A stretch of DNA of 64,000 nucleotides from Vairimorpha necatrix (lineage: Eukaryota), in assembly GCA_036630325.1 (NCBI GenBank), contig CP142732.1:310001-374000 (forward strand), read 5' to 3'. The translations under genes were made by a program, and so were the position numbers. The notes beneath the pieces were generated by a model. It saw nothing but the letters and a program-made list of their open reading frames with translations, was not told the DNA's origin and searched no databases. The stretch's first letter is position 1. Each line of letters opens with the position of its first letter. Shown here in pieces: positions 59,749 to 64,000 of the stretch.

Positions 59749-62700
59749 TGTCGTAGCCGATCAAATACTGACCAATCATATTCTTACAAATGGACAGATT
59801 TGATTGGCTACAAAAAGTATTTAAAAACATTTCCGAAAGAGGGGATGGAAAATTCGAATAAAACATTTGACATGGCGACAACGACAAACAATGTCGGATG
59901 CTTCACAGGAGAAGCAGGTGAGGATATAAATGTCTGGCTGATAGACATAATGTTGGTAGGGGAAGTTTTGAAATGGACCAATGATCAATTCAAAACGGCA
60001 TTGGTGAGCAAGCTCAGGGGAAAAGCATTATCATGGGCTTCCCAGACATTAGGCGGGAAAATGGAGACAGTCAGCTTAGAGGAAATACTTCATTTAATAA
60101 AGAAAAGATTTGGATCGTATAAGAACAACGATATAACACTAATCAGGTTCCTTTCAATAATGGTCCCGGAGACGAGAGAAGATTACTCGCAGATGCTACA
60201 GGGAGCTACTGTAATATATGAGAGATCTCTTATAAATTTGGACGCTTTGTGCCAAATGGTAATTAATAAATCACCAATGGAGATAAAAGCTCTGTATACC
60301 AGACCGAAACTATGGTCCAGACGTGGCAAGGATTTATACAAAAGGCGGAGGAGATATCGTGGATTTTATATCCCGATAAGATGTTAGCTAGGACTAAGCT
60401 ACACGACGACGCGGGCAGAGGGCCCCACACTAATTTTTACAAAGAAAAAGGATTTAAAAGAAACATAACCCATGAAAAACTACCGCGGCATGCTAATAAA
60501 CGGTGCACACTCCACGGGGAATGTAACCATTCCACAAAAGATTGCAAAGCACTTACCATAATACTCAATAGAGAAAGAAACAACTTGAAGAGAAAAAATA
60601 TAAATGCCGTGGAAGAATACGAAAGTGACGAGAAAGATCATGACAATAAAGAAATTGAATTTTATTTACATCATATACAAAATAGTTTTAACCCATTTTT
60701 TGTGGAAAGCCGTCTCTTTAATAAAAATACGAAAGTACTACTAGACACTGGGGCCGATGTTTCGGTCATAAATTACAATGATATTCCACAAGAAGAACGT
60801 AATAAGATTATTAGATATAATGGCGTAGTAAAAGGTATGAGAAAAGAAATATTAAAAATAGAAGGCTATTTAAAAGACTGTATAATCGAAATCAATGGAA
60901 AAGGTGTGATCTTCTCACCCTTAATAATCAAAGACATAAAATATGTTATAATAGGAGCAAATGTAATATGCGACAATAAAAAACTGATTTTAGATATTCT
61001 AAATGCACCAAAATATAGAATCAACCAAATGTTGAACTCAGCATGTGATTTAGAAGAGAACAAAATTTTGAAAGAGTACGAGGACGTCTTCAAAACAGAA
61101 ATAAGCGACTATAACCTCTGCACTGCAGGTAGTCATCGTATACAGACGAACAGTACGAAGATAATTTGCCAAAGGAACGGAAGAATACCAGTATCACAAG
61201 AAGAGGCCGTAAATGAAGAAATCAACAAACTCCTAGGACTTGGAATTTTAAGGGAAAGCAGAAGTCCCTGGTGTAGCAGAATACTGATGGTACCGAAGCC
61301 TGACAAAACATGGAGAATGTGCGTAGACTATAGAGGTCTGAATAGCATAACAGTAAAGGACGCATACATGACACCTAGAATCGACGAGATTTTTGACAGT
61401 CTATCAACTGCAACTATTTTTACAATACTGGACGCGACTAGTGGATTCCATCAAATTCCTTTACACGAAGAAGACAAGGAAAAGACAGCATTTTCGTATA
61501 GGGGGAAATTATACGAATTTAATTGTATGCCGTTCGGACTATGTAACGCACCAGCAACATTTCAAAGGGCAATGGACAATATATTCAGGAAAGAAAACCA
61601 TAATTTTGTGATCCCATACTTAGACGATATTATAATATATTCAAGGAACAAGGAAGAACATAAGAAACATGTGAAAATAGTATTGGGAAAAATAAGAGCG
61701 GCAAATCTATCGCTTAATAAGAAAAAGTGTAAATTCTTTAGATCGGAAATAAAGATCTAGGGGAACGTCATTGGAAACGGAATCATAAAGGTAGACGAAA
61801 CGCGCATTAAGGATATACAAGCGTACCCATTCCTATCACCATAAAGGAATTAAGGAGTTTTTTAGGAATGGCCAACTATTGCAGGGATTTTGTGACAAAG
61901 ATGGCAGAAATTACGGGACCCTTGTATGATGTACTTAAGGGCGAAAACAGACATCTGGTAAAAAAATTAAACTTACTGACAAACAGCTGGATACGTTTAA
62001 AACCGTTAAAAAAGTACTAAGCCAAAATACAATACGTACACAGCCAAATTTTAAAGCTCCATTCATTCTGGTTACTGACGCATCTGAAACGGGAATAGGA
62101 GCAGTGCTGCTGCAAAAGAACAAAGGTGGAGCTGAAAAAATGATAGCCGCCTTTAGCAAAAGACTAGAAAATTGTCAGAAGAATTATTCAGTTACCGATA
62201 AAGAACTTCTTGGCTTGGTTAAAGGAATAGAACATTTTAGACATTACCTTTTGGGAAGCAAATTTACGCTCAGAACAGACCACAAAGCCTTAATCTGTCT
62301 ATGGACAGTGAAGGATCCAACTAGTAGGATTCACAGATGGGCACTCAAATTGTGGAATACGACTTCGAATTGGAGTATATAAAAGGAGAGCATAACATTG
62401 CTGATGGCTTTAGTAGATTTCACCAAGAGTGTGAAACATGTAACATTGATTTACATCAGTTATCGAATAATAACATCAACGACATACTAGAGGAGTACCA
62501 TAAAATATCAGGGCATGAAACATCAAATACCATGAAATTTATGATTTCACAGGCACTTAAGTGGAAAACAATGCACCAAGACATTTCGAAATTCGTAAGC
62601 AATTGCAAAACATGTCTTCGTTCGGGATATCAACGCGTGAAGACAAAGAACAAAGTAATACTTTCAGAAAGACCCAATCAGCTGTGAGAATTTGATCTGC

Positions 62701-63599
62701 TTGGAAAACTTTCGGACAACAGCGGAAGCGGATACATATTTGTAGCGATCGGATACTACTCTAAATGGATAGAAACCAAGATCTTACGAATCAAAAAGAG
62801 CTGTGAAATATATAAGGCGATTGAAGAATTAATCATTAGTAAGCATGGGATACCCGAAAGAATCTTGTCAGACAACGCTTAGAGTTTGACAACAGCGTGG
62901 TACAAGCATTAGGTTCGAAGTATAATATATCATGGGAATTTTGTTCGCCATATCATCACCAGACTACAGGCGCGGTTGAGAGGGTCATACAAACATTGAC
63001 GAACAAAATTAGAAAATTAGCAAACTATGGCGAAATTGGCTGGAGGAAAGTTGTCAAAGAAGCTACATTGGCAGTAAATCTATGGTTTAACCGATCAATA
63101 GGAACATCGCCGTACATTCTAAAATACGGTCAGCAAATAACAACAGCCATAGATGAGAGAATAGGAGTTACCCCTAAGACCTATACGAAGCAAGAACTTT
63201 TACGGAAGAGGGACTTAAACTTTAAAAAATACAGCAAATACATCGTTAAAGGAAAAAAAAGATATAAAGCAAAAGTTTAAAATAGGAGAAGATGTTTTAG
63301 TTTACAGAGATTACCCAGGAAGTGGAAAGTTATTAGCTAAATGGTCACCTGGTTATATTATTGTCAAAATTTTAAGTGAAGACGCATTTCTGGTAAAAAG
63401 GAAAAATTCAGCAGGCGAATTGAGAGTTAACATAAGTCATATTAAGAAGGACACGTCGAAGACTGATTGAGGGGGTGTCGTAGCCGATCAAATACTGACC
63501 AATCATATTCTTACAATTGGACAGATTTGTTTTTCTACAAAAAGTATTTAAAAACATTTTCGAAAGAGGGGATGGAAAATTCGAATAAAACATTTGACA
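59749..63599 (+). mobile_element. Ty3/Gypsy LTR retrotransposon with frameshifted ORFs (element F, related to B)
   Basis: 124-bp LTRs 59749-59872 and 63476-63599, TSD ATTAT, TGGCGAC after the 5' LTR, PPT GAGGGGG, LLDTGA, YLDDII, VTDASE and GAVERV fragments. Confidence 0.95.
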
Positions 63600-64000
63600 A
63601 TTATAATATCTATATTTAACTTTTACATTGTGATTCTATTAATTACAAAATTTCTAAATTGGCGAGAAGGGAACTCTTTAGCGAATAATTTTATACACAT
63701 AAAATTAATAAATTTCAAGTTTAAAATACTGTAATAGAGACGAGTTTGACATATATAGCATAATTTGAAGATATTTTTAGCATGTTAACCTCTAATTTGC
63801 TTTTTTGATTTTACTCTTTGTAAAATACACACTAAGAAAAGAATTTATTGGTTGGTGTTAATATTGTCATAATCAAGAATATAGGCCCAAAATTTAAATA
63901 TTAGATTAATTTTCGCAATGATTAATTAACATCCGAATTGGCGGAAGTTTATAACATTTCTTAAATCTGTAAATAGCAAGATCGGCATGAAATATGAACA

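Overview
Very AT-rich, transposon-dominated eukaryotic DNA from a microsporidian. The SSU rRNA is of Nosema/Vairimorpha type. One rDNA unit (SSU 15979-17225, about 36-nt ITS, 5.8S-fused LSU ending near 19809) sits among Ty3/Gypsy LTR elements, solo LTRs, two Ginger-type DNA transposons, Tc1/IS630, Merlin and hAT elements, an R4-like non-LTR relic and one apparent host gene. Main find: directly behind the LSU, on the rRNA sense strand, is an array of HDV-like ribozyme folds (two complete at 20010-20078 and 20415-20483, one 5'-truncated, one 3' remnant). One heads an intact APE-RT LINE whose ORF1 ATG lies 2 nt after the fold. The others head short non-coding units made of ribozyme plus LINE 3'UTR. 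This resembles the R2/SIDE strategy moved to the 3' spacer and carried by an APE LINE. Other oddities: gag frames starting inside LTRs, palindromes replacing the tRNA PBS, an RT-less LTR element with matching LTRs, 70-bp LTRs, antisense tRNA-like A/B boxes in both Gingers, and four-level nesting. All calls were made by eye; no databases or folding programs were run.
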